DNA from: an uncultured delta proteobacterium
Lineage (GTDB): Bacteria > Desulfobacterota > Syntrophobacteria > Syntrophobacterales > Syntrophobacteraceae
Direction of reading: 5' to 3'
Length of the DNA: 64,000 nucleotides
NCBI GenBank assembly: GCA_963808625.1
Contig: CAWEHK010000030.1
Location: forward strand, 40,062 to 104,061
Positions 22,901 to 33,680 of this stretch are shown here, piece by piece. Each line of letters begins with the position of its first letter. Positions within the stretch are counted from its first letter, which is position 1. The translations under genes and the position numbers were made by a program. A model generated the notes under the pieces. That model searched no databases and was not told the DNA's origin. It saw only the letters and a program-made list of their open reading frames with translations.

Positions 22901-23320
22901 CTCAGTCTTGAATGCCGCCGGAGGCGCCCAGAAAATCGCGCTTTGTGTGCCAATGCTTCTCTATAAGAAGGTTCCCAGAGGTCAGCGGTTGGAGCGTCAG
23001 AGGAAGCAAATGGTAAAAAGTGAACGGTTTCTTGGCAATAGCCCTTGGCGATGGGCAGCTGAGAAGCGGCGACGCAGAGTTGGGAAGTCTTCTGGGATCA
23101 GGCGGGTTGGAGAACCCACCCTCCGCTGGGAGTTGTCAAGGGGTGGGGTGAGTGAAAGCGTTGACGTTGTGATGGTCTTCGGGTGATTATTTATTTTTGA
23201 GCGCTGATCATTAATTGCTGATTAGTTTGGCTGGTCTCCTGATCACCAGCTGCTAGTCGCTGGCTGCTGACCAGTGACCACCGTTTACTGAGCACACAGC
23301 TTTGGTACGAGGTGCATTGC

Positions 23321-24886
23321 ATGGGAAAGAGATTTGCCTTTCTTGTCGGGGGGACGCATAGCGGGTGTGGGAAGACGACGCTGGCGCTGGCGCTCATGGC
23401 GGCTTTCAAGGTACGCGGATTGCGCGTGCAGCCGTTCAAGGTGGGGCCGGATTTTATCGATCCCGGGTTTCATACGCAGGTTACCGGGATGGCGTCGAGG
23501 AACCTGGACGGGTGGATGCTCGGACGGGATTATAACCGGGGGCTCTTTTGCGGCTCCTCGAGCAGGCCGAGATGGCGATTGTCGAGGGGGTGATGGGGCT
23601 CTTTGACGGCTATGACGGCCTCACCGAGTCGGGGAGCAGCGCCGAAATGGCCAAATGGCTCGGGCTTCCCGTGGTCCTCGTGGTGGATGCCCGCAGCATG
23701 GCCAGGAGTGCCGCCGCCCTGGTTTACGGGTTCCGTCATTTTGATCCGGGGCTCAGTTTCGCTGGGGTCATTTTCAATCAGATCGGGGGCGAGGGTCACC
23801 TCGAATACCTCAAGGAGGCCATGGCTGCGAGTCTGCCCGAAATTCCCGTGCTCGGGGGTATCCCAAGGGACGAGCTCATTCGGATTCCCGAACGGCACCT
23901 GGGGTTGGTGACCGCCGATGAGATAACCATCGATCCGGCGTGGGAGAAGAACTTGGCCGGGTTGGTGGAGCGTTATGTCGATTTGGATTTGATTCTGCGG
24001 ATGGATGAATATGGGCAGGGTCATAGTCCGATAAGCGCAGACGCCTCTCATGACTGGATTCCGGCTTCCGCCGGAATGACGGAGGGAGGAGTCGCCGGGA
24101 TGGTGGAGGAGAAGGCAGACGGAATAACATGGGAGGGGGGGCGAAGGCGTGGCGTCCGAGGGTTTTGTGGGAAATACTCGGACGGGTTTGTTGGCACCTT
24201 CGGAGGAAGCTCTCGGGACGAAGATGGAACCTCCCATAATCATAGCAGTCGCGCGTGATGCGGCATTTTGCTTCTATTATCCGGACAATTTTGAGCTGCT
24301 CAGCCAGGCGGGAGCGGAAATCCGATTTTTTTCTCCCGTGGCGGGGGAAACCTTTCTGGCGGATACTGCCGGACTTTATCTCGGGGGTGGATATCCGGAG
24401 CTCTATGCCGAAAACATTTCTTCCCGAGAAAATTTCCTCGCCGCCATCCGTGAGGCGGTTTCGCGCGGAATGCCGATTTATGCGGAATGCGGGGGATTGA
24501 TGGTCTTGAGCCGGTTCATCGATACGCTTGAAGGAAAGCGCCACCCAATGGCGGGTGTTCTTCCTTTTGGAACACGCATGTTGCAAAGGCGGAAGGCTCT
24601 GGGTTATACGGAGGTGGCGCTGCAGGAGAGTTGGCTTCTCGGTGAGAAAGGTCTGGTCATTCGCGGACACGAATTCCACTACTCCGAAATCGTGGAAGAG
24701 GAACCCCATCCCGGGTTGACCTTTGCCTACCGGATTCGCGGGCGAAAATTTGGGAATGATCGTCCCGAAGGCTACGCGGTCGGATCGGCGCTGGCGAGCT
24801 ATGTGCATCTCCATTGGGGAAGTGCGCCCCAGGCGCCAGCTTCTTTTGTGGCGCGATGCCGGGAGTATCGGGCGAGGGTGAGGTGA
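23321..24886 (+). CDS. cbiA: Cobyrinate a,c-diamide synthase (frameshifts; expanded linker)
   Basis: [76 protein letters not shown]. Confidence 0.95.
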
Positions 24887-24904
24887 CCTCGGGATATTTT
24901 TCAT

Positions 24905-25185
24905 CCACGAAGTCACACGAAGAAGTGCAAAGGCACAGGAAGAAATCGTTTCGTTTGGTTCGGGATTTTCTTCGTGCTCTTCGTGTTCTTCGTGAGAAGA
25001 AGGGTCTTAGTTTTTGACAACGGCTGACTTCAGGAGTGCAGGGCGAGTTCTGGGCGACTCTGAAGGTTTTTTTATCCACGAAGACAGACTAAGAACTGTG
25101 AAGGCAAACGAAAAAATTGTTTCGTGTCTTTCGTGTTTTTCGTGGTTAAAGAAGGGTCTTAGTTTTTTGACCACGGCTGACTAGC
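24905..25185. repeat. Two tandem periodic inverted-repeat units (CCACGAA...TTCGTG) sharing a downstream ~34-bp direct repeat
   Basis: Units at 24905-24994 and 25076-25145, each followed by aagaagggtcttagtttttgac.acggctgact. Confidence 0.8.
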
Positions 25186-25202
25186 AGGACTACAGGACAG
25201 GC

Positions 25203-26747
25203 ATGATTGCGCCGGCAAAGCGCCTGATGTTTTTGGGGACGGGATCGGACGTCGGGAAGAGCGTCCTGGCGGCGGCGTTCTGCCGGATTCTGAAGCAGGA
25301 CGGGTATCGTGTCGCCCCGTTCAAGGCCCAGAACATGGCGCTCAATTCCTTCATCACCCCCGAGGGCGGCGAAATGGGCCGGGCGCAGGTGGTCCAGGCC
25401 GAAGCCGCCGGCATTGCGCCGCACGTCGATATGAACCCGGTCCTTCTCAAGCCGACCTCCCATGTGGGATCGCAGGTGATCGTCCTGGGGAAAGCCATCG
25501 GGAATTTCTCCGCCGTCGAATACTACCAGCACAAGAAGAACCTGGTTTCCGTCGTGCGGGAGAGCTTCGAACGGCTGGCGCGGCAGTACGAAGTGATCGT
25601 CCTGGAAGGCGCGGGAAGTGCGGTGGAGCTGAATCTCAAGGAGCATGACCTGGTCAATCTCGCCATGGCCGAGATGGCCGACGCCCCCTGTGTCCTGGTG
25701 GGCGACATCGACCGGGGAGGCATCTTTGCGGCGCTCCTCGGGAGCTTCATGCTCATGACCCCACCCGAACAACAACGGATCATCGGGTTTCTGGTGAACA
25801 AGTTTCGCGGCGACCCGCAGCTTTTCACCAGCGGCGTCGAAATGATGGAATCCCGGTCCGGGCGCCCGGTGTTCGGGGTCATCCCATACTTCGACCATAT
25901 TGCGCTCCCCGAGGAAGACAGCGTGGCCCTGTCCCGGCGCATGCAGCAGGGAGGGCACGCGGCTTCGGGCAGCAAGCTCGGCATTGGCGTCGTCCGCCTG
26001 CCGTTCGTTTCCAACTACACGGACTTTGACTGCTTCGAGCAGGAACCCGAGGTGGATCTCGCCTATTTCAACCGCCCGGAACAGGTTTTCCAGTTCGATG
26101 CCGTGATTCTGCCGGGCAGCAAGAATACCAACGAAGACCTGGCTCATCTCCAGCAGACGGGGATGGCCGAAGCCATCGTTGCCTATTACAAGTCGGGAGG
26201 GACCGTGGTGGGACTCTGTGGCGGCTACCAGATGCTGGGCCTGCGGGTGACCGATCCCCATGGCGTGGAGAGCCGTCTTGACGAGGTCTCGGGACTGGGC
26301 CTTCTGGATATGGACACCGAGATGTTTCCGGAGAAGATTACTTCCCAGGTCGAGGCCACGTTTTTGGGGCACGGCGGCTTCTCCTTTCATCATGACGAAC
26401 CTCTCCTCGGCTATGAAATCCATATGGGGCGGAGCGTCTCGCGGGGAGCGGCGGAGCCGCTTTTCCGCATCATTCGCCGGGGCGGGCATCCGGTGGATGA
26501 GGTCGACGGGTTGTCGCAGCCCGATGGGCGAGTGTGGGGGACCTACATCCATGGCATCTTCGACAACGATCACTTCCGCCGGGACTTTCTGCATGATTTG
26601 CAGCAGCGGTCGGGGCGGACCAATATCCTCTCCGCCGCAACCTTTTCCTACCGTCAGTGGAAGGAAGAACAGTTCGACCGCCTCGCCGAACACGTGCGCA
26701 AGCACTGTGATGTGGGGCGGATTTACCGGTTGATGGGTCTCTCCTGA
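25203..26747 (+). CDS. cbiP: Cobyric acid synthase (CobQ/CbiP)
   Basis: GTGSDVGKS, PFKAQNMALNS, MNPVLLKP, EGAGS, DIDRGG, NKFRGD, SNYTDF, CGGYQMLG, GYEIHMG, GTYIHG. Confidence 0.97.
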   Translation: MIAPAKRLMFLGTGSDVGKSVLAAAFCRILKQDGYRVAPFKAQNMALNSFITPEGGEMGRAQVVQAEAAGIAPHVDMNPVLLKPTSHVGSQVIVLGKAIGNFSAVEYYQHKKNLVSVVRESFERLARQYEVIVLEGAGSAVELNLKEHDLVNLAMAEMADAPCVLVGDIDRGGIFAALLGSFMLMTPPEQQRIIGFLVNKFRGDPQLFTSGVEMMESRSGRPVFGVIPYFDHIALPEEDSVALSRRMQQGGHAASGSKLGIGVVRLPFVSNYTDFDCFEQEPEVDLAYFNRPEQVFQFDAVILPGSKNTNEDLAHLQQTGMAEAIVAYYKSGGTVVGLCGGYQMLGLRVTDPHGVESRLDEVSGLGLLDMDTEMFPEKITSQVEATFLGHGGFSFHHDEPLLGYEIHMGRSVSRGAAEPLFRIIRRGGHPVDEVDGLSQPDGRVWGTYIHGIFDNDHFRRDFLHDLQQRSGRTNILSAATFSYRQWKEEQFDRLAEHVRKHCDVGRIYRLMGLS

Positions 26748-27710
26748 TGGCGTTCCTTCCCTGGCACCTGGCTCTGGCTTACCTGCTCGACCTCGTCGTC
26801 GGCGACCCGCACTGGCTGCCTCATCCGACGCGCTGGATCGGGCGGTTGATCACCCGGGTCGAGTCCGTCTTCTACGACAGTCACGCCTCCCCAAACCTGC
26901 AGCGACTTGCGGGGTGCGCTTTTTGGATGTTGGTGACGGCTGGGGTACTGATCGGAACAATCGTCATCATGGAGGTTTCGAGGCACCTCAACGTCTACTC
27001 TCGGTGATGCGGTCACCATCTGGCTGGCTTACACCACCCTCGCCACGCGCAGCCTCCACCGGGAATCCTCGAGGGTCGTCGACGCCTTGCGCCAGGGGAA
27101 TCTCGCCACCGCGCGCGAACGCCTCTCCCTGATCGTCAGCCGGGACACGGCGCAGCTCGAAGAAAAGGAAATCCTTCGCGCCGTCATTGAAACGGTTGCC
27201 GAGAATATTTCGGACGGCATCATTGCCCCCTTGATGTATCTCGCTGTCGGCGGCCCGCTCGCGGGGATGGCCTACAAGACGGTGAACACCATGGATTCGA
27301 TGGTCGGCTATGAAAATGAACGCTACAAGAACTTTGGCTGGTGTGCGGCGCGCCTCGATGATGTGGTGAACTGGGTGCCGGCCAGGTTGAGCGGCCTCAT
27401 TTTGGTGGCGGCGTCGGCCTGCCTGAAGCTGGACTGGCGCGGTGCCTGGCAGGTGATGCGGCGCGATGCCCGCAAGATGAAAAGCCCCAATGCGGGGTTC
27501 CCGGAGGCGGCCGCGGCCGGTGCGCTCGGCGTGCAACTGGGGGGAACCAACGTCTATTTCGGTAAGGCGGTGGCAAAGCCGACCCTCGGGGATGGGGCGA
27601 AGCCGATGACGATCGAGAGTTACCGGCAGATGATTCGACTGATGTATGCAGCGTCGTTCGGGGCTTTTGTGGTGGCGCTCGGGTTGCGGTGGGTGGCGGA
27701 CGTGCTGTAG
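26747..27710 (+). CDS. cbiB: Adenosylcobinamide-phosphate synthase CbiB (frameshift near 27000)
   Basis: LDLVVGDPHWLPHP, IVSRDT, ETVAENISDG, YKTVNTMDSMVGY, SPNAGFPEAA. Confidence 0.95.
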
Positions 27711-27727
27711 CAGAAAGCAAAAGCGAT

Positions 27728-27949
27728 CCACGAAGACACACGAAGGGGAACGAAGGCACACGAATGGAAACTGTTGATTTAAGATGAGAATTGCTTTTCT
27801 CCGTGTCCTTCGTGTAAAAATGATGTGGATGTGGGGTGCGGTGGTATTGAAAAAGCAATCCACGAATTCACACGAAGGGACACGAATGGAAATTGTCGTT
27901 TTGGAACAGGAGTTGCTTTTTTCGTGTCTATTCGTGTGTCTTCGTGGAT
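27728..27949. repeat. Two periodic inverted-repeat units (CCACGAA...CACACGAA / TTCGTG...TTCGTGG)
   Basis: Units at 27728-27814 and 27858-27949; same family as 24905-25145. Confidence 0.8.
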
Positions 27950-27973
27950 AAAAAATAGGAATGATGTGGAGTA

Positions 27974-29065
27974 ATGACCATAGTACATGGCGGTAATGTT
28001 TACGAAATCGCATCGCGACTGGGCTGTGCGCCGGAAGAGGTGCTTGATTACAGCGCCAGCATCAATCCGCTGGGACCTCCACCCGGTCTGACGGAACTGC
28101 TCAGCCATACTTTTCAGCTTCTGCAGCACTATCCCGACATTCAGAACCGGGTGCTCCTGGAGGCGATTGCCGGGCATCACGGGGTTCCCTCCGACCAGGT
28201 TGTGGTGGGCAACGGTTCGACCGAGCTTATTTACTGGCTGCCCAAGGTGCTCGGGATTCGCAAGGCCCTGATCGTCCTCCCCACTTTCGGGGAATATCAG
28301 AAAGCCTTTGAACTCCAAGGGGTGCAGCTGGCCAAGCTCTTTACTTCACCGGAGGAAAACTTCCAGCCGGCCGTCGAGCAATTGGATGAACTTTTTCATA
28401 AATTCTCACCAGAGGCGATCCTCTTTACCCATCCCGGGAGTCCCGCCGGGACCCTCCTTCCGGATGCGGTGCGCGAATGGCTGGTCGAGAAAGGAAAAAG
28501 TGAGAAAGTATTTTGCATCGTGGATGAGGTTTTCATCGATTTTTGCGAAGAGGAATCGCTCAAGGGCTTTCTCGAGAATTCGGACCAGCTCGTCCTTATC
28601 CGCTCGATGACGAAATTCTATGGGCTTCCCGGGCTGCGGTTGGGCTATCTCTTGACTGCGGAACACCTGGCGGCCCGCCTGCGCCACTTTCTCCCGCCCT
28701 GGTCGGTCAATACCTATGCTCAGGTTGCCGGACCCTATTGTTTTGAGCAACGGGAATATCGGGAAAAGACTTTGGATCTAATCGCGCGCGAACGCAGCAG
28801 GATGATTGCGCGCCTGGAAACCTTCAAGGGGTGCCGGGTATTTCCGGGGCAGGCGAATTACCTGCTTCTGCAGCTGGGAAAAAACCTTCCTCCCGCCGGC
28901 CGGCTCCAGCGGGACCTGCTGGCGTCGGAGCGGATTCTTATCCGGGATTGCCATTCGTTTGAAGGGCTCGACGATCACTATGCGCGCTTTGCCATTCGTC
29001 GGCCCGAGCAGAACGAGAGGCTCCTCGAAGCGCTGGCCCGCTGGGTGAAGGCTCACTCCTCCTGA
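27974..29065 (+). CDS. cobD: L-threonine-O-3-phosphate decarboxylase
   Basis: HGGNVY, DYSASINPLGPP, GNGSTELI, VDEVFIDF, RSMTKFYGLPGLRLGY; lies in the cobalamin operon. Confidence 0.93.
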   Translation: MTIVHGGNVYEIASRLGCAPEEVLDYSASINPLGPPPGLTELLSHTFQLLQHYPDIQNRVLLEAIAGHHGVPSDQVVVGNGSTELIYWLPKVLGIRKALIVLPTFGEYQKAFELQGVQLAKLFTSPEENFQPAVEQLDELFHKFSPEAILFTHPGSPAGTLLPDAVREWLVEKGKSEKVFCIVDEVFIDFCEEESLKGFLENSDQLVLIRSMTKFYGLPGLRLGYLLTAEHLAARLRHFLPPWSVNTYAQVAGPYCFEQREYREKTLDLIARERSRMIARLETFKGCRVFPGQANYLLLQLGKNLPPAGRLQRDLLASERILIRDCHSFEGLDDHYARFAIRRPEQNERLLEALARWVKAHSS

Positions 29066-29322
29066 TCGCCTTCCTGACCGTCTTTCAGGAATAGCCGGTG
29101 ATATTCATCGTCGGTCAGATAGCTCCGCATGAGTTGACTCACGAGCTCAAACAGCTGGGCAATTTCCGCGTCGCTCAGTCTCGGTACCAAAGCCGCAGCG
29201 AGCTCGTCGTCGGAGAATTTCTGGAGATAGTAGATCAGGGATTTTTCATCTACTTCTCGTGAAAACCCAAATGCTACCAGCCCATCATAGGTATCCACAA
29301 AAGTGTGTCGATGTTCTGCCAT
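29053..29322 (-). CDS. Conserved hypothetical cytoplasmic protein
   Basis: HTFVDTYDGLVAFGFSREVDEKSLIYYLQKFSDD...EYHRLFLKD; follows ino1. Confidence 0.75.
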   Translation of the reverse strand: MAEHRHTFVDTYDGLVAFGFSREVDEKSLIYYLQKFSDDELAAALVPRLSDAEIAQLFELVSQLMRSYLTDDEYHRLFLKDGQEGDQEE

Positions 29323-29355
29323 GGGAATTCCCGCCCGGGGTCGCCCCCGCGCCGT

Positions 29356-30696
29356 CTATTCATTGTTCAGATAGTAATCCAATCCGAAATGGGTGATCTG
29401 TTCCTCTCCCATGAGGTAGCGCAGGGTATTCTTGAGCTTCATCAGTTGAATGAAGAGATCGTGCTCCGGATAGAGGTTTTCCTTGTGCATGGGGCTCTTG
29501 AAATAGAAGGAAAGCCATTCCTGGATGCCGCTCATCCCCACCCGCTGGGCGAGGTCCATAAAAAGCACCAGGTCGAGAATGATCGGTGCCGCCAGAATGC
29601 TGTCGCGGCACTGGAAATCCACCTTCATCTGCATCGGATATCCCAGCCATCCGAAAATATCGATACAGTCCCAGCTCTCTTTGTTGTCCCCGCGCGGCGG
29701 ATAGTAGTTGATCGTCACCTTGTGATGGTAGTTCTTGTAGAGGGTAGGGTAGAGGTGCGGTTGCAGGATATATTCGAGGACCGCAAGTTTGCTTTCTTCC
29801 TTGGTGCGGAACGAGTCCTTGTCGTCCAGCACCAGGCCGTCACGGTTGCCGAGAATATTGGTGGAATACCAGCCTTCGAGACCAAGCATACGGGCCTTGA
29901 GACCCGGCGCCAGGATGGTCTTGATGAGGGTTTGGCCGGTTTTGAAGTCCTTGCCGGCGATGGGCACACCCTTTTCTCCGGCGAAATCGATCAGCGCGGG
30001 GATATCGACCGTGAGATTGGGAGCACCGTTAATAAACGGAATGCCGCTCTCGATTGCGGCCATGGCATAGAGCATACTGGGGGCAATGTTGGGGTCATTG
30101 CGAAGCACGGCCTCCTGGAGCGCGCTGTAGGACTGGTGGACATCCTGAGGACTCAAGTGGACCTCGGTGCTGCCGGCCCAGATCATGACGCAGCGATCGA
30201 GCCCCTGGTCTTCCCGGAACCGAAGGATATCTTCCCTAAGAGCGTCCACCTGTTGGCGGAGGTTTTGGTTCTGCTTCACATGGGAGCCGTCGAGGTTGCG
30301 CACGAAACGCCCGTCGAAAACCGCTTTCATGGGGCGAATGCCGGCCAGGAAGCCCTTTATCGGTTCGATATGGTCGCGGTTGAGCACCCGTGCATACATG
30401 GCGGCTTCATGGCCGTTGGCCTCATAAATGTCCCAGCCTCCGAACACCAGGTCATCCAGCGAGGCAAGAGGGATAAATTCGTTGATTTTTGGCGACCGAT
30501 GTTCATAGCGCTTCCCCAGCCGGATGGTTCCCAGTTGGGTCAGCGAGCCGATGGGTTCCGCAAGCCCCCGGCGCACGAGCTCCACACCCGCGATGAAGGT
30601 CGTGCTGACCGCTCCGCCGAGCCCGGGAATGAGGACTCCCAGTTTGCCCTTAGGAGCTGCAATCCGGTCCTTCAGTTTCAAGTTCTTCTCTTTCAA
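29356..30696 (-). CDS. ino1: myo-inositol-1-phosphate synthase
   Basis: LVFGGWDI, INGAPN, GKDFKTGQT, WYSTNILGNRDG, RGDNKESWD, CRDSILAAP, LSFYFKSP. Confidence 0.95.
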   Translation of the reverse strand: MKEKNLKLKDRIAAPKGKLGVLIPGLGGAVSTTFIAGVELVRRGLAEPIGSLTQLGTIRLGKRYEHRSPKINEFIPLASLDDLVFGGWDIYEANGHEAAMYARVLNRDHIEPIKGFLAGIRPMKAVFDGRFVRNLDGSHVKQNQNLRQQVDALREDILRFREDQGLDRCVMIWAGSTEVHLSPQDVHQSYSALQEAVLRNDPNIAPSMLYAMAAIESGIPFINGAPNLTVDIPALIDFAGEKGVPIAGKDFKTGQTLIKTILAPGLKARMLGLEGWYSTNILGNRDGLVLDDKDSFRTKEESKLAVLEYILQPHLYPTLYKNYHHKVTINYYPPRGDNKESWDCIDIFGWLGYPMQMKVDFQCRDSILAAPIILDLVLFMDLAQRVGMSGIQEWLSFYFKSPMHKENLYPEHDLFIQLMKLKNTLRYLMGEEQITHFGLDYYLNNE

Positions 30697-30811
30697 AACA
30701 GGGCCTCCATTGCCTCAAGCAATTAATTGATCTCTTACCACGCATGCAATAATTTCCACGTCCAGGCGCCACCCGTAAAAGATAGGCATGACATCTGAGC
30801 TCTGACACTTT

Positions 30812-30878
30812 TACTGACCACTCATCACTCATCACTCATCACTCATTACTCATTACTCGCCACTCATCACTCATCACT
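30812..30878. repeat. Heptamer tandem array (CACTCAT)n
   Basis: cactcatcactcatcactcatcactcattactcattactcgccactcatcactcatcact; overlaps the ogt stop codon. Confidence 0.92.
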
Positions 30879-31379
30879 CTTTTCTATTTTGAGCAGAGCT
30901 TCCTTGATATGAATGCCGCTGGAGAAACCACCCAGGCCCCCGTCGGCGGCGATGACCCGGTGGCAGGGGATGAGCAGCGGCACGGGATTCATGCCGCAGG
31001 CCTGCCCCACGGCTCGTGCCGACCGGGGTTTATCTAAAGCCTGCGCCACCTGGAGATAGGATCGGGTCTGTCCGAAGGGGATCTCGGCCAGCGCCTTCCA
31101 GACCTGGTGCTGGAATGGTGTTCCGGTCTGCACATCGAGCGGTAGGGCAGGAATTGGTTGGCGCTCATGAAGATAATTCAGGATTGCCTCTTCGGCCTCA
31201 CGGAGCATAGGGGTTTTGCGATAGGACAGGGTCGCCTCGGGAAAGGCCTGCTTCAGGAAGAATTCGCACCATCCCCGGGAAACTGGGGAGGGACCACAAA
31301 AATGGACCAGGCAAAGGCCTCGGGAGGTGGCAGCAACGAGGACCCATCCCAGGGCCGAGGCGAAAAAATGGGTGTCCAT
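30867..31379 (-). CDS. ogt: Methylated-DNA--protein-cysteine methyltransferase
   Basis: GTPFQHQVWKAL, IPFGQTRSY, RAVGQAC, NPVPLLIPCHRVI. Confidence 0.93.
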   Translation of the reverse strand: MDTHFFASALGWVLVAATSRGLCLVHFCGPSPVSRGWCEFFLKQAFPEATLSYRKTPMLREAEEAILNYLHERQPIPALPLDVQTGTPFQHQVWKALAEIPFGQTRSYLQVAQALDKPRSARAVGQACGMNPVPLLIPCHRVIAADGGLGGFSSGIHIKEALLKIEKSDE

Positions 31380-31392
31380 CGGCAATGCGGGG

Positions 31393-32047
31393 TTATTCTT
31401 CTTCATCGAGGAAGTCCGTGATGTAAGGATTGGTTTCGCGTTCGCGCCGCACCGTCGACTGAGGGCGGTCGCCATAGTCGTGGCCGGGCCAGACGATGGT
31501 GTCGGGAGGAAGAGTGATAATCTTGGTCTGGAGCGAATTGACCAATTGCTCGAAGGAAGCACCGGGCAGGTCGGTCCGCCCGACCGCTCCGACAAAAAGG
31601 GTGTCGCCGGTGAACAGGTTGCCGTCGATCAGGATGCAGCACCCTCCAGGGGTATGGCCGGGGGTGTGGATAAATTTTATGGTAAGGCCGTCAAAAGTCA
31701 GCTCGTCGCCATCCTGGACGCGCACATCAGCGGGACCTGCGGCATCCACCCCGATCATCCGCGCCCACCCCGAGAACTCGGGTTTCTGGAAGAATTCGTC
31801 GTCCAGTGCGTGCATCACCACGAGGGCGCCGGTGGCCTTGCGCAGACGTTCGTTCCCGGAGGTGTGATCGGGATGGCCGTGCGTATTGACGATATAGCGC
31901 AGCGTGACGCCTTTTTCCTTGAGGAGTTGCAGGATTTGGTCCTCATTTCCGGCCGGGTCGATTAAAATACCCTCGCCTGCTCTTTTCATCATAGACCAGA
32001 TAGCAGAAGACGGCCATGTATCCGACGATTACCTGTTCGATCTTCAT
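31393..32047 (-). CDS. MBL-fold metallo-hydrolase (glyoxalase II-like; frameshift near 5' end)
   Basis: NTHGHPDHTSG, HTPGHTPG, FTGDTLF, WPGHDY; start MKIEQVIVG at 32047. Confidence 0.9.
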
Positions 32048-32152
32048 AATTTCCTCCGGAGCTTTTGGGAAGCCAGCTTGGCATGGTTTTCAGGTCGGAC
32101 TCAAAATGGCCTATCTCGGGGAAAAAGTCAAAGAAACTCTGGAGTTTGCCTG

Positions 32153-33042
32153 ATGGTTGGGCGTGCGACAACGGTTTCCGCCCGGCGACCGCAGGAATTG
32201 TTTGTTTATGAATGCGAAGGAAGCCACCCTCCCTGGGGGCGACCCCGACGACCGCGGCTTTCTTGGAACCTGGCCGGAGCCCCCTTTCTATTACCTCTTT
32301 TTTGAACAAGAGGCCGGAGCGGGTTTCCACAGATGGCTTGAACAGCAGCAAGGCTGGATCGTGCGAAGCCTGGTCAGGCTCCCCTACGATCGCTGGCAGC
32401 AGGTGAGTCGGTGAGAGGATCGAGGTCGGCCCCTTCTTCATTGAAATGGAACCGGGGGCTGCCGCTGCCGCCGAACGCGGGAACGGCATCGTCATTCGCC
32501 TGGATCCCGGTCTGGTTTTTGGGTCCGGTCTACACGGGTCGACGAAGGGTTGCCTGCTGGCCGTGGCTCACCTCTTCGAGCGCCTTCCCATCAAGGATGC
32601 GGTGGATATGGGAACGGGAACGGGGATTTTGGCCGTTTCCTGCGCTGCCCTTGGGGCTGCCAGGGTCTTGGCGATTGATAAGAACCCCCTGGCGGTCCGG
32701 GTGGCGCGACGGAATATCCTGCTCAATGGTGTGGCTGACCGGGTGAGACTCTTGATTGCTGAGGACTTGGGTGTTCTTAAGGAGCCGTCGGAGCTGCTCG
32801 TCATGAATCTCGAATACCCCAGCCTGCAGCGGTTCCTGGCAGGGAGCGCGTGGCTGGGCTACCAGTGGGTGGTCTTGAGCGGATTTTTGGAAAAGCAGTG
32901 GGACACCCTTAAAGCATACATCCCTCCGGCCCTTCGGGTGCGACACCTGGTATCCGTCGATGACTGGCTTACCGTGACGATCGCAAGCGAAGATCCCGAT
33001 GAACGCAACGGGAACGAGTCCTATCTGAAGCGCAGGATGTAA
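32153..33042 (+). CDS. prmA: PrmA-like (ribosomal protein L11) methyltransferase, frameshifted
   Basis: IRLDPGLVFGSGLHGSTKGCL, VDMGTGTGILA, ARRNILLNG, VVLSGFL. Confidence 0.75.
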
Positions 33043-33356
33043 TCCGCCAGGGCCTTCTTGTCTTCGTCCGAGAGGGCGGTCAGGTTCTTCAGTTGTCCCT
33101 TCATCATGCCGCTTTTGGTGGATTCGATGATCATGGGGCTCTCACCCTTGAAGAAACTGACCAGCTTCGCCTGATCCTGGTAAGCCCTGGCAATCTCGAT
33201 GAGGGAAACTCCCACTGCTTTCTGGTCGGGCTTATGACAGGCGCCGCATTTGAGCGAGGTGAAGAGGGTTTCGCCATTTCCTGCCGACGAGGCCGCGGAA
33301 GCACAGAAAAATGCCAGCAAGAGCACAATGACCGGAATCGGAATAAGCTTACGCAT
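33021..33356 (-). CDS. Monoheme class I c-type cytochrome
   Basis: Signal peptide, CGACH heme motif, distal Met (GMMKGQ), ALADYIL. Confidence 0.9.
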   Translation of the reverse strand: MRKLIPIPVIVLLLAFFCASAASSAGNGETLFTSLKCGACHKPDQKAVGVSLIEIARAYQDQAKLVSFFKGESPMIIESTKSGMMKGQLKNLTALSDEDKKALADYILRFR

Positions 33357-33680
33357 GATCGCACCTCACCCCTAGAGAAAGTCTTCCTGCCCGTAAGTTG
33401 TTCAACCTCTTCCTGCGTGATCGTAAACCTAGCCTCAATAGAAGCGTAAGCTCTTTGATAGGTCAAGCTAAAATCAGTTGAAGCTAAAAAAATATTTACC
33501 TTTGCCAAAAAAAAGTTGTAGAAAAATTGTGAATATACTATTGACCTTCGATTTTTTAGGCTATATTTAAAATCCTTGGATTAACGAGAAGGTGATGAAC
33601 ATGGTTGGTTTTTGTGGTTTTATGTTGAGTCTTGTTCCGAGAAACCAAGAACAAATTATTCATTGCATTGGAGACTGCTT

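Noticed and set aside
22900..23320. Cobalamin riboswitch upstream of cbiA
   Set aside because: Some long-range pairing is possible (TTCCCAGA/TCTGGGA), but the AGGGAA, GCCACTG and B12-box motifs are not recognisable. An Rfam search would settle it.
24905..27949. CRISPR array
   Set aside because: Repeats are degenerate inverted units without constant-length unique spacers, and there are no cas genes.
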